A stretch of DNA of 64,000 bases, taken from a virus. Its lineage: Duplodnaviria > Caudoviricetes. The stretch lies in IMG/VR virus record IMGVR_UViG_3300020576_006930, positions 32,001 to 96,000 of that record. One strand, 5' to 3'. The notes beneath the pieces were generated by a model. The model was not told the origin of the DNA. It was given only the letters and a program-made list of their open reading frames with translations, and did no database searches. This document shows positions 9,572 to 18,227 of the stretch, piece after piece (the first letter of the stretch is position 1; each line of letters begins with the position of its first letter). The position numbers and the translations under genes were made by a program.

Positions 9572-10171
9572 ATGAAAAAACTAATTCTTATCGTTCTCAC
9601 CGCAGTATCGTTATTCACAATCTCCGCCGCGGGTCAATCAACGCTTGGTGTGGTCTGGAACAGTGGTACGGGCTGGAACACAAACAGCACGATGACTTAT
9701 CTATATGTTTCCTCCAATGAGGTGTCACGGCTCAGTCCCCGAATCACTAATGCGCCTTTGGTTACGACTTACACCAATATCCCGATCACTACGAATCAGT
9801 TATATTCCATGTTCGTAACCGGAGCCGAAACGAATGCGCCCACTATTGAAAGCGATGTTTCCAATCAAATCCGGTTTCAACTGCTACCTTATGTGCGGGG
9901 GACGGCCAGCAAAACATTTACTATGTTGAGTTATACAAATGTTTCCTGGGCTAGTTTCCAACTTATCCAAGCGCCGACCAATGGTGTTCTTTCCGGAACG
10001 CCTCCCAACATTACTTACACCCCAACCAATGGCACGGGTTTCAATCGGGATCGTTTTGTTTACAAGTCTCCTGAAATGGCCGGTGGGACAAATATCACTT
10101 ACAATTACGGCATATATTTCTATTGGTTCAATTCTGCGCCGGCCCTCAGGGACGCGTTCCAGGTAAACTAA
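9572..10171 (+). CDS. secreted Thr-rich protein with Ig/cadherin-like segment
   Basis: Signal peptide; PTNGVLSGTPPNITYTP...DRFVY resembles Big_9-type repeats. Confidence 0.6.
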   Translation: MKKLILIVLTAVSLFTISAAGQSTLGVVWNSGTGWNTNSTMTYLYVSSNEVSRLSPRITNAPLVTTYTNIPITTNQLYSMFVTGAETNAPTIESDVSNQIRFQLLPYVRGTASKTFTMLSYTNVSWASFQLIQAPTNGVLSGTPPNITYTPTNGTGFNRDRFVYKSPEMAGGTNITYNYGIYFYWFNSAPALRDAFQVN

Positions 10172-10396
10172 GGTTGTTGGGTTGGACATCATCCGGCTTT
10201 GTTTTAATATGATTATATCCGTGAACCCCAAATGTCCCCGGTGTAATATAGAAATGTCATATATCACTGAGGTTTATCCGTGGAGCGATGAACACTGGCA
10301 ATGCTCGGAATGTGATGGGACATATTGTATTTTTCAATTCTGTCCGGAGTGTGGGAAAGAACTGACGGCTCCGTGGGAATGTGATTGTGACAAAGT

Positions 10397-10606
10397 ATGA
10401 AACCTGATAATAGAAAAGAATTGCGTGATGCCTTGCTCGGCCAGCAAATTACGGATGTGGTTTTCCATGACTCTCATGGATTGGTTATTGACATTGTATT
10501 AGAGGATGGCCACAAAATGTCGGTTTGTACCTATGAGGGCGATGACGCTATTCGTTCAGGATTGTTTGGGGATTTTTATGTATCACTGGATGGAAAGGAA
10601 TTATGA
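10397..10606 (+). CDS. hypothetical protein
   Basis: One of a run of coupled small ORFs (10.2-11.3 kb). Confidence 0.65.
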   Translation: MKPDNRKELRDALLGQQITDVVFHDSHGLVIDIVLEDGHKMSVCTYEGDDAIRSGLFGDFYVSLDGKEL

Positions 10607-10800
10607 AAAAGAAATGGTGTAAACATATCACATGGACAACAAATAATAGCGTAGGTGTCTCATGGTGGAGATTCCATACCGTCAATAATTGTATAACGGT
10701 AGAGAATCATTGGAAGGTATGCCCGATTTGCGAGGCGGAACGCCCTACCAAGTCCAATATCGCATCGGCACGGTTGCGAGCGGCTATGGATAATGATTAA
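10603..10800 (+). CDS. small zinc-binding protein
   Basis: WCKHI...WKVCPIC. Confidence 0.65.
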   Translation: MKKKWCKHITWTTNNSVGVSWWRFHTVNNCITVENHWKVCPICEAERPTKSNIASARLRAAMDND

Positions 10801-10802
10801 TT

Positions 10803-11078
10803 ATGAAAGCAAGTATTCATTGTTGGGAAGAAATTAGCGCGGTTGCCTCCGTGAAGGTGACGAAGAAAGCCAAATTAAAAAGGGTAAAAGACAAGGTGGT
10901 TGGACCACATGGCATGTCTTGGCCATCAAATCCAAGAGTTTGTCAGCACAATTTTGTCCACCCAGACGACTGGGAATTTTTTAGTCTTGAAGAGGGAACC
11001 AAAACTGAGTTTGATGAATTTCTCTGTCCCCATGGTTGCTTTGAGATAAATATCAAATACAAAGGCAAATTAAAATAA
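10803..11078 (+). CDS. hypothetical protein
   Basis: 91-aa ORF. Confidence 0.6.
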   Translation: MKASIHCWEEISAVASVKVTKKAKLKRVKDKVVGPHGMSWPSNPRVCQHNFVHPDDWEFFSLEEGTKTEFDEFLCPHGCFEINIKYKGKLK

Positions 11079-11115
11079 CTTACCAATTTCTGAAATTCAG
11101 GTACAATGATTAGAA

Positions 11116-11298
11116 ATGACATTTCCCGATTACACATTATTCAATGACGATCTGGTCGATTTTGAACATTTGTGGTTGGATGAAATCCAATACTTCAAGG
11201 AAGTGCCTTATCATAACAATGTCCGCTCCAAAAAAGCAAAAGAATTTGCGGCAAGGGTATACGCTCTTGCCATCGAAAAACAAAAAAACAAAAACTAA
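11116..11298 (+). CDS. hypothetical protein
   Basis: 60-aa ORF. Confidence 0.55.
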   Translation: MTFPDYTLFNDDLVDFEHLWLDEIQYFKEVPYHNNVRSKKAKEFAARVYALAIEKQKNKN

Positions 11299-11301
11299 AC
11301 T

Positions 11302-11727
11302 ATGAGTAAAATCGCCATCGATGAAGTTGAAAGTGTTCTATTACAGCAAAAAGTTGATCCCTCCAAGGTCAACCAAATCGTAAAAGATTTGGAAAAGATT
11401 GTGGAAGAATTGACGGAGGAACGCAAGGCCAATGCGGAAGATCGCCAGAAATGGGAACATGTTATTATCTTGAATGACAAGGAAGGTCTGCTGAAGGGGA
11501 AGGAAATCGCCGGGTGGGTGGTCCAGCAACCTGAAGGTGAGGATGCCAATACCATTATCGCCAAGATTGAGAAGGCGGCCAAAACGCAGAATGAGGCGTC
11601 TAAACGTAAAAAGAATTGCGTCAATACTCTCATCGAAATCTTTGAAGGTCTCAAGGCAAAGTATTTGGAAAAAAAGATCCGCATCAAGACCAAGGAGTTG
11701 ACCCGGGTTGTAATCGTCAATCAATAA
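11302..11727 (+). CDS. hypothetical protein
   Basis: 141-aa charged ORF. Confidence 0.75.
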   Translation: MSKIAIDEVESVLLQQKVDPSKVNQIVKDLEKIVEELTEERKANAEDRQKWEHVIILNDKEGLLKGKEIAGWVVQQPEGEDANTIIAKIEKAAKTQNEASKRKKNCVNTLIEIFEGLKAKYLEKKIRIKTKELTRVVIVNQ

Positions 11728-11738
11728 CCTAACCAAGT

Positions 11739-11972
11739 ATGGATGAAGAAGTTATCGCCCAAAAAATCCTTATGGCATGTGATAAACATGAACTTCGTTG
11801 TGAAGATAAGGAAACGATTATCAACTGGGCGGATCATGCCATACTGGAATATGGTTTATTGAAAAACATTGAAATGGACTTGGTGGAGATTTGTGGAATC
11901 CGCGATGGGGAAGTATTGTTTCAGTTGACTGAGACAGGTAAGCAGCACGCCTCTGAGATATTTAAAAAATAA
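11739..11972 (+). CDS. hypothetical protein
   Basis: 77 aa, coupled to the ATPase gene. Confidence 0.7.
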   Translation: MDEEVIAQKILMACDKHELRCEDKETIINWADHAILEYGLLKNIEMDLVEICGIRDGEVLFQLTETGKQHASEIFKK

Positions 11973-13123
11973 TGAACATATCGAAATACTTTGGTACTTT
12001 AGCGGAGTTATTTGACAGCGATCCCCACCAAGTCCGGGCGGAAATGTACCGCTCATTTTTCGGAGGCTATTCCACTCATGCGGCGGAATACACGAAAATT
12101 CTTGTAAAAAATTTGGGTGAAGTAATTGCCGCCGTTGAGAAACGTGGGTATGTCCAGATTCATGTCCGGGATTCGGGATTTACCGATGGGCATGAAAAAC
12201 GAATCTTATATCTTATCAATCGTGAAAAACAAGCAATGGTTTGCGCGATGATCCAGGAAAAAGATATTGTGCGGGCGAAGATCTCTGATCCATTTTTTGA
12301 TCTTGACGATGAAAGAGAATATGATGGCCGGCGCTTTAATTTTTTAGCGATCCAATCTTCCTCTGTGGAAGAATACATCTGGTTCAAAAAGTTTGTTCAC
12401 GATTCAAAATTGGTGGAAGATACCAAGAACAAACTTTTTATGATGAAGAGCACGGAATACTCCGGAATCGAACTAGACCCCTTTCCGATGGAGAATGTGG
12501 TTTGTGATATTGCCTTAAACTATGGCTCGAATTTTGTAAATATTCATAACAAAGTCGTGGAGAATCTCAAAGAGAAAAACTCCGGATTATACATTTTTCA
12601 CGGCCCTCCAGGAACAGGTAAAACCTCTTATATCAAATACCTGACGACCCAGGTATCCAATCGCAGATTTATTTTGGTACCCAATGGTCTGGTGGCCTCT
12701 CTATTTTCTCCGAAGATGATCCAAAGCATTTACACTTTTAAGGATAGTGTCTTGATATTGGAAGATGCTGAGCTCTGTGTTTTTAAACGGGATGGTCAAA
12801 ATAATGAATTGGTTTCAGGAATATTAAATATAACCGATGGGCTGTTAAAAGACTTACTGAACATTTCTATCTTTGTTACTTTCAATTCCAGTAAGATTGA
12901 CGAATTGGATAAAGCTCTCTTGCGTAAGGGGCGATTGAAAACGATGTACAAGTTCGACGCGTTGGCCACCGCCGATGCGCAAAAACTGTTGAACCAACTT
13001 GGTAAAAAGCACATTGCGTCTGGTCCGATGACCTTGGCGGAAATTTATAATATTGACGAAGAAGTGGATTTGGGTGGCGAAACGGTGCCCACGGATAAGA
13101 TTATCGGTTTTGGAAAGGCGTAA
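11972..13123 (+). CDS. AAA+ ATPase
   Basis: Walker A GPPGTGKT, Walker B LILEDAE, SRH DKALLRKGRL. Confidence 0.9.
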   Translation: MNISKYFGTLAELFDSDPHQVRAEMYRSFFGGYSTHAAEYTKILVKNLGEVIAAVEKRGYVQIHVRDSGFTDGHEKRILYLINREKQAMVCAMIQEKDIVRAKISDPFFDLDDEREYDGRRFNFLAIQSSSVEEYIWFKKFVHDSKLVEDTKNKLFMMKSTEYSGIELDPFPMENVVCDIALNYGSNFVNIHNKVVENLKEKNSGLYIFHGPPGTGKTSYIKYLTTQVSNRRFILVPNGLVASLFSPKMIQSIYTFKDSVLILEDAELCVFKRDGQNNELVSGILNITDGLLKDLLNISIFVTFNSSKIDELDKALLRKGRLKTMYKFDALATADAQKLLNQLGKKHIASGPMTLAEIYNIDEEVDLGGETVPTDKIIGFGKA

Positions 13124-13124
13124 T

Positions 13125-13406
13125 ATGTATTATACGATGCGCCCAGATTTATATCTCAATTCTTCTCGCCGAAATGTCATAGACGGTTATTACGACATAA
13201 TTAACGAAAAGTTTGGTTCTCTTAAAGACGCCGCTGTTTTTGCAAAATTGACTCGTGTGGCATTAAGAGAATGTAATTGGCAAGTTCACGAACATCGATT
13301 CTTAACAAAGGTGAGAATTCCGTTAAAAACTATGTTTGATATGGGACTATTTTCTGATAAAATTAGTAAGGATAATTTAGGGGAATACTATCATTGGAAA
13401 GATTAA
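13125..13406 (+). CDS. hypothetical protein
   Basis: ATG immediately after the ATPase stop. Confidence 0.6.
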   Translation: MYYTMRPDLYLNSSRRNVIDGYYDIINEKFGSLKDAAVFAKLTRVALRECNWQVHEHRFLTKVRIPLKTMFDMGLFSDKISKDNLGEYYHWKD

Positions 13407-13473
13407 TATCGGATTGTCAAAATAACCATTGACACTTTTCTTTTCTCCTGTATACTTATTTGTAGTTAGTGAT

Positions 13474-13547
13474 GGCAGCGTAGTTCAATAGTAGAACAAT
13501 GGTTTCATAAGCCGAAGACGGCGGGGCAGTACCGCCCGTTGCTACCA
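13474..13547 (+). tRNA. tRNA-Met/Ile2 (CAT)
   Basis: Cloverleaf, loop TTCATAA, atypical T-loop, encoded CCA. Confidence 0.8.
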
Positions 13548-13556
13548 ATTTTTAAT

Positions 13557-13634
13557 GGCGCTGTAGCCCAATTGGCAGGAGGCATCTGACTTAGGATCAG
13601 AGCAGTGAGGGTTCGACTCCCTTCGGCGCTACCA
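13557..13634 (+). tRNA. tRNA-Leu (TAG), short variable loop
   Basis: Loop CTTAGGA; CCA. Confidence 0.9.
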
Positions 13635-13648
13635 ATTTTAGTTAGAAT

Positions 13649-13725
13649 GGCATCGTAGCCCAACGGCAGGAGGCGCTTCACTCAAAACGAAGACAGTGCT
13701 GGTTCAAATCCAGTCGATGCTACCA
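13649..13725 (+). tRNA. tRNA-Leu (CAA), short variable loop
   Basis: Loop CTCAAAA; CCA. Confidence 0.9.
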
Positions 13726-13734
13726 AATTTTCAA

Positions 13735-13808
13735 GCCGGTGTAGTATAGTGATATTATAACGCATTGGTAATGCGATGACGGGAGTTTGATTCTCCCCGC
13801 TGGCTCCA
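13735..13808 (+). tRNA. tRNA-Thr (GGT)
   Basis: Loop TTGGTAA; CCA. Confidence 0.85.
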
Positions 13809-13815
13809 ATTTTAA

Positions 13816-13891
13816 GCCGCTGTGGCTCGACCGACAAGGCGCCTCATTTGTAATGAGGTTTATGCGGGTTTAATTCCTGCCAGCGGCTCCA
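13816..13891 (+). tRNA. tRNA-Thr (TGT)
   Basis: Loop TTTGTAA; CCA. Confidence 0.85.
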
Positions 13892-13895
13892 ATTT

Positions 13896-13970
13896 GCCTC
13901 TTTGGTGATAATGGCAGCATTTCTGTTTCGTACTCAGAAGGTATTAGTTCGATTCTAATAAGAGGCTCCA
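13896..13970 (+). tRNA. tRNA-Thr (CGT)
   Basis: Loop TTCGTAC; CCA. Confidence 0.85.
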
Positions 13971-13975
13971 ATTTT

Positions 13976-14049
13976 CGTTCGTTAGTTCACGGTAGAATAC
14001 CTAGTCGAAAGACTGGGAGAAGGTGGCTCTAACCCATCACGAACGACCA
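13976..14049 (+). ncRNA. tRNA-like RNA with a GAAA tetraloop in place of the anticodon loop
   Basis: Acceptor CGTTCGT/ACGAACG-A-CCA, D-arm, CCTAGTC-GAAA-GACTGGG arm, degenerate T-loop. Confidence 0.65.
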
Positions 14050-14051
14050 AC

Positions 14052-14127
14052 GTACCGTTAGGCAAATGGGAAGTCGGCAGTCTGCAAAACTGCTTTTGAG
14101 TTGGTTCGATTCCAACACGGTACTCCA
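14052..14127 (+). tRNA. tRNA-Cys (GCA)
   Basis: Loop CTGCAAA; U73; CCA. Confidence 0.9.
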
Positions 14128-14151
14128 ATTTTATTTTACCCTATATGAAGT

Positions 14152-14802
14152 ATGATTAAACTCAAACGAGTTATAGAAGAAAGTAAATACGATCTCCATC
14201 AAGCGAAGGAACTGACTTTCATTACTTACGGTGGCTTATCCGCCACCAAACAATTGGGTTATTCCAATGGAAAAGACCCAACTTTCCACGCTCCGCCGGC
14301 TAAACGGGGAATTTACGCCTTCGTCTGGCCTTACATAGAAAAATTTTTGTTAAGCGGTGGTCTCCCTGACCCGAAGAAGAGAAAAAAAGGTCAGCGGCAA
14401 CGGGCATCATATTTAAAAGATAAACACGGAAATGTAATTGCTTCCGGCCATCCAGATTTTGAGAAATTTTCAGACCGGAAACCTAGTTTTGCCAGGACCA
14501 AGAGCAATGAACCGTGGGATCCTGAAAAACACGATTGGCAAAAGGACACTCCGGTTCATGTATTATACAATCACGCAAACCGAAAAAAGTTTAAATACAG
14601 CGGAGAAATTTGGCACCATCTGGGTGAATTCTGTCCTGAGTGGACGATTTTTAATCGTCACGGTTCTTGGGTAAAAACGGATATGAATACTTTTGCTATG
14701 GCCTTTAAAAAGGAAATCGCCTTATCTCAGATACCCTCAGAGAGGCACCCGTTTACTTCGACGATGGACCACTTAGAAGTGTTTATTGATGAAAAAATAT
14801 GA
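14152..14802 (+). CDS. hypothetical phage protein
   Basis: 216 aa; FHAPPAKRGIYAF...HLEVFI. Confidence 0.75.
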   Translation: MIKLKRVIEESKYDLHQAKELTFITYGGLSATKQLGYSNGKDPTFHAPPAKRGIYAFVWPYIEKFLLSGGLPDPKKRKKGQRQRASYLKDKHGNVIASGHPDFEKFSDRKPSFARTKSNEPWDPEKHDWQKDTPVHVLYNHANRKKFKYSGEIWHHLGEFCPEWTIFNRHGSWVKTDMNTFAMAFKKEIALSQIPSERHPFTSTMDHLEVFIDEKI

Positions 14803-15005
14803 AAATGTTAATTACGCAATGGTTATCGGCTCTGTTCGCATTAGTGTTCGTGGTAGGTCTTACAATTTTTTTCTTATCCCATCCCAAGATTATAGCGATT
14901 ACGTTATCGATTTCTTTTATATGGGTGGTCGTGTGGAAGATCAAGTGTTTCATATTTGACCCTCCCGAGCCATAATAAAATGATTGCGTCATTCTCATCA
15001 CTATT

Positions 15006-15395
15006 ATGAGTTTTATGAAAACCCCCGACTTTACGGTACCTGAAATTCACCCGAAGGGGTGGGGTTACGAATTATGGTTGGTGAATAACAACAAGTATTG
15101 CGGTAAAATTCTTCATTTCAATAACGGCAAGCGATGTTCCTTTCATTACCATAAATTGAAAGAGGAACATTTTTATTGTTCTTCTGGGTCTTTCCTATTA
15201 AAATTGTCCTGGGGCGATGATATTACCAAGGCAGAAGAACGATTATTTGAATCGGGGCAAGTGGTAGAAATTCCCATAGGGTTAAGACATCAGATGATTG
15301 CTTTGCAAGATGGTAGTCAATTGATTGAAATATCCACCCAACATCTTGAGGATGATTCGTATCGGGTGGCTCCGGGAGATAGTCAGAAAGTATGA
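15006..15395 (+). CDS. cupin (mannose-6-phosphate isomerase-like)
   Basis: KGWGYE, SFHYHKLKEEHF, HQM, EISTQH..DDSYRV..GDSQ. Confidence 0.85.
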   Translation: MSFMKTPDFTVPEIHPKGWGYELWLVNNNKYCGKILHFNNGKRCSFHYHKLKEEHFYCSSGSFLLKLSWGDDITKAEERLFESGQVVEIPIGLRHQMIALQDGSQLIEISTQHLEDDSYRVAPGDSQKV

Positions 15396-15419
15396 GTTGC
15401 CATTCTATATTTATAGAAT

Positions 15420-15725
15420 ATGCCACTATTCAAAAAAATATCCGAAAACTGCTTTGAGGTGAATGAGGTCAAAGACTCATTATTGAAACAATTAGAAGCA
15501 AAGATCAAACAAAAATATCCCAATGTCGTGACATCGATTGATACTGATAGTGAGGGGAATCCAATTTTGGATATTGATACCGGCGAAACGAATTTTTATG
15601 TCAGTCAAGGACCAAATGAAAAATTTTCAGTTAGTGCGGTTTGGTCAAAAGATGAAAAAGGTAAAAAGAATTTAGATACGGATTCGATGGTGAAAGCAGT
15701 ATCGAGCATACCGGGAATGACTTAG
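15420..15725 (+). CDS. hypothetical protein
   Basis: 101 aa, after a TATTTAT motif. Confidence 0.7.
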   Translation: MPLFKKISENCFEVNEVKDSLLKQLEAKIKQKYPNVVTSIDTDSEGNPILDIDTGETNFYVSQGPNEKFSVSAVWSKDEKGKKNLDTDSMVKAVSSIPGMT

Positions 15726-15744
15726 AAATAAATTTTCAAAAAGC

Positions 15745-15910
15745 TTGACAAAAACAGGAAGTATGAGATACTTATTCCTGTAAGTGAGAAATAACAATAT
15801 GAACAATCGCTGGTTTAATAATATTCGTAGAAGGAATGGCGGAGGCTGAATAAGCCTACCGATAGCGAAAGCTTTCGCCCGCCACTCCAAAAGGGTGGCG
15901 GGCTTTTTGT
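15745..15910 (+). promoter_or_regulatory. promoter + leader peptide (MNNRWFNNIRRRNGGG, 15799-15849) + terminator: candidate attenuator of a tRNA operon
   Basis: TTGACA...GAGATACT promoter; terminator GCCCGCCACTC/GGGTGGCGGGC-TTTTT. Confidence 0.7.
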
Positions 15911-15929
15911 TTGTTCTTTGTCAATTTAT

Positions 15930-16003
15930 ATGTAGTTCGTATAATGGTATTACCTTCCTCTCCAAAAGGAAAGACAGGGGTTCGATTCCTCTACTACATG
16001 CCA
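15930..16003 (+). tRNA. tRNA-Trp (CCA)
   Basis: Loop CTCCAAA; CCA. Confidence 0.85.
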
Positions 16004-16013
16004 ATTTTTAGAT

Positions 16014-16088
16014 GCTCTTATAGTGAAATGGACATCACGGGACCCTGCGAAGGTCTAATTCCAAGTTCGAATCTTGGTAAGAGCGCCA
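16014..16088 (+). tRNA. tRNA-Arg (GCG)
   Basis: Loop CTGCGAA; CCA. Confidence 0.9.
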
Positions 16089-16097
16089 AATTTAAAT

Positions 16098-16174
16098 GCA
16101 CCCGTGGCGCAACTGGACAGCGCAAACGGCTTCTATCCGTAAGGTTGGGGGTTCGACTCCCTCCGGGTGTACCA
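16098..16174 (+). tRNA. tRNA-Arg (TCT)
   Basis: Loop CTTCTAT; CCA. Confidence 0.9.
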
Positions 16175-16179
16175 ATTTT

Positions 16180-16265
16180 GAGTGTGTGACCGATAAAGCT
16201 TAGTGGTAGATCGGCCTTGAACTGAGGCTCGGAACACATAGGTTCAAATCCTATCGCGCTCACCA
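16180..16265 (+). tRNA. atypical tRNA, anticodon uncertain (loop CCTTGAA)
   Basis: Acceptor, T-arm and CCA are clear; D-loop and variable region are enlarged. Confidence 0.55.
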
Positions 16266-16355
16266 ATTTCAGATGAACGAAAGTTCCCTAGTCTTGTGTA
16301 TTGGGCCGGTAAAAACTTTAGATTCCGGTATCTGATAAGAATTTTGTTTTAGGAT

Positions 16356-16431
16356 TCCTCTTTAGCATAACTGGTAATGCAGCACACTGTTAATGTGCCC
16401 TATGTTGGTTCAAATCCAACGGGAGGAGCCA
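16356..16431 (+). tRNA. tRNA-Asn (GTT)
   Basis: Loop CTGTTAA; CCA. Confidence 0.9.
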
Positions 16432-16492
16432 ATTTTAATAGCATAAAAAGTAGTAATTTTTCACAGGTAGTATATACTTATACTTGTGTGCT

Positions 16493-17089
16493 ATGAATAA
16501 AATATTACTAAAAAGATATGTTGATGAAGGACTTTCTATAAATGACATTTGTAAGAAGGTAGGTAAGGGAAACACCAGTATAAGATACTGGTTAAAAAAA
16601 TATAAACTAAAAACAAATTGGAAAGGTTCATTGGAAAGGAAAGTGCCAGATAATGAATTACTAAAAATAGCAAAAAATTCAAAAAGTTTTACTGATTGTT
16701 TGTTGAGAGTGAACGGAAATGCTGGCGGAGGTTCGTATTACTTTTACAAGAAAAGATTAGAAAAATTAAATTTTGATTTTTCAATATACAAAAATTTAAA
16801 CAGAATACCACTTTTTTTGGTTAGAAGCAATCAAGAAGCTATACAAAGAAAAAGAGGGTATAGGATCAGAAGAGAAAAATTACATTTGTATTTAAAATAC
16901 AATAATGTGGAATATAAATGTAGTAAATGCGGAATCTGTGAGTGGGAAGGGAAAAATTTGTTATTACATATTCATCATAAAGATGAAAATTCACAGAATA
17001 ATAAATTGGACAATTTATGTTATCTTTGCCCAAATTGTCATAATATACATCATTATAATGATGGTAAATTGGCTAACAAACTAATCTAG
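16493..17089 (+). CDS. HNH homing endonuclease with N-terminal HTH
   Basis: LHIHHKDENSQNNKLDNLCYLCPNCH; the stop lies inside tRNA-Phe. Confidence 0.9.
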   Translation: MNKILLKRYVDEGLSINDICKKVGKGNTSIRYWLKKYKLKTNWKGSLERKVPDNELLKIAKNSKSFTDCLLRVNGNAGGGSYYFYKKRLEKLNFDFSIYKNLNRIPLFLVRSNQEAIQRKRGYRIRREKLHLYLKYNNVEYKCSKCGICEWEGKNLLLHIHHKDENSQNNKLDNLCYLCPNCHNIHHYNDGKLANKLI

Positions 17090-17146
17090 TGAAAGTGCAT
17101 CCCTGAAGAGGATGAAAGCTCCGGGCAGAACGGAGGTTAGCCACCA
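17071..17146 (+). tRNA. tRNA-Phe (GAA)
   Basis: Loop CTGAAGA; atypical T-loop; CCA. Confidence 0.75.
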
Positions 17147-17156
17147 ATTTTTAAAT

Positions 17157-17231
17157 CCCGGGATAGTGTTAATGGAAGCACGTTAGATTGAAACCCTAAC
17201 AGAGACGGTTCGAATCCGTTATCCGGGACCA
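17157..17231 (+). tRNA. tRNA-Phe (GAA), second copy
   Basis: Loop TTGAAAC, with mismatches; CCA. Confidence 0.65.
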
Positions 17232-17295
17232 ATTACGTAGTTTTTCTACTTTCTACGACCCCAGCGTAACGGCTGAATCAAATAAAGTGGAATAT

Positions 17296-17370
17296 GCACC
17301 CATAGTGAAATGAATATCACGTTGCGCTTCGAACGCAACATTTCGGGTTTGAATCCTGATGGGTGTACCA
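17296..17370 (+). tRNA. tRNA-Arg (TCG)
   Basis: Loop CTTCGAA; CCA. Confidence 0.9.
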
Positions 17371-17374
17371 ATTT

Positions 17375-17499
17375 AGTAATGTAGTTAAAAGGTAGAATAT
17401 GGTCCGTGGAGGATAATAAGTTGCAACTTAATTCATTGACTATGCCGGCGGCGGGTTTGTCTGCTAATCGGTTGTGAGGTTCAAATCCACACCATTACT
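17375..17499 (+). ncRNA. tRNA scaffold with ~55-nt insert in the anticodon arm
   Basis: AGTAATG/CATTACT acceptor, D-arm and GGTTCAAATCC T-loop; no CCA. Confidence 0.55.
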
Positions 17500-17506
17500 T
17501 TAATTT

Positions 17507-17713
17507 ATGACCGAAGACGATGAGATACTGATTGAATGTAGTTGTTGCCATGACCTGTTCGATTTGGAACAGATGCGGATGAATGAAAATGGAAAATCGG
17601 TATCTTGTGATGAGTGTCGATCTGAAAATGGTAGTGTAGCTCAGTTGGCAGAGCGTAGTCTTGATAAGGCTCGGGTCGGGGGTTCGACTCCCTCCACTAC
17701 CACCAATTTTTAA
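17507..17713 (+). CDS. small zinc-finger protein reading through tRNA-Ile
   Basis: CSCC...CDEC; the last ~27 codons are tRNA sequence. Confidence 0.5.
   Translation: MTEDDEILIECSCCHDLFDLEQMRMNENGKSVSCDECRSENGSVAQLAERSLDKARVGGSTPSTTTNF
17630..17705 (+). tRNA. tRNA-Ile (GAT)
   Basis: Loop TTGATAA; CCA. Confidence 0.9.
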
Positions 17714-17717
17714 AAAC

Positions 17718-17794
17718 GCAACGGTAGCTCAATTGGATAGAGCGTTAGCCTCCGAAGCTAAAGGTTGTGGGTTCGACTCCCGCTCGTTGCACCA
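17718..17794 (+). tRNA. tRNA-Arg (CCG)
   Basis: Loop CTCCGAA; CCA. Confidence 0.92.
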
Positions 17795-17801
17795 AAATAA
17801 A

Positions 17802-18041
17802 ATGAAATTGGAATTAATCAAGCAAAAAAACAAAATATCATCGTATAAAATTAATGGCGAACACACTGAGTATGAGGTAGAGGGTCATGTTTTTTATGTA
17901 AAAGGGTACCCAGCATTTATGATTTTGGAGAATGGCGAAATCAATCCCATTACACCTAATGGAATGGTTATCTATTATGATAATAAAAAAGAATGCGATG
18001 AATGGTTGAAAAATGAAGCAATTAACTACCGAACAATTTAA
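17802..18041 (+). CDS. hypothetical protein
   Basis: ATG just after the tRNA. Confidence 0.6.
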   Translation: MKLELIKQKNKISSYKINGEHTEYEVEGHVFYVKGYPAFMILENGEINPITPNGMVIYYDNKKECDEWLKNEAINYRTI

Positions 18042-18222
18042 AAAATACATGTCGAACCCATTGACCAATGACGAAAAAGTTCGAAGTTGGTGTTCATTGC
18101 CGGACAATCGTTACTACACAGTTTCGGTTTGGCCTGAGGCAAGAGCGGGGCAGGTAAGAGTTTCAGAAAACTTGTTTCGGGATGTAAAAGTAAAGAAGAT
18201 ATCCAAATCGGATCAACCATAA
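18013..18222 (+). CDS. hypothetical protein
   Basis: 69 aa. Confidence 0.6.
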   Translation: MKQLTTEQFKKYMSNPLTNDEKVRSWCSLPDNRYYTVSVWPEARAGQVRVSENLFRDVKVKKISKSDQP

Positions 18223-18227
18223 AAGTT

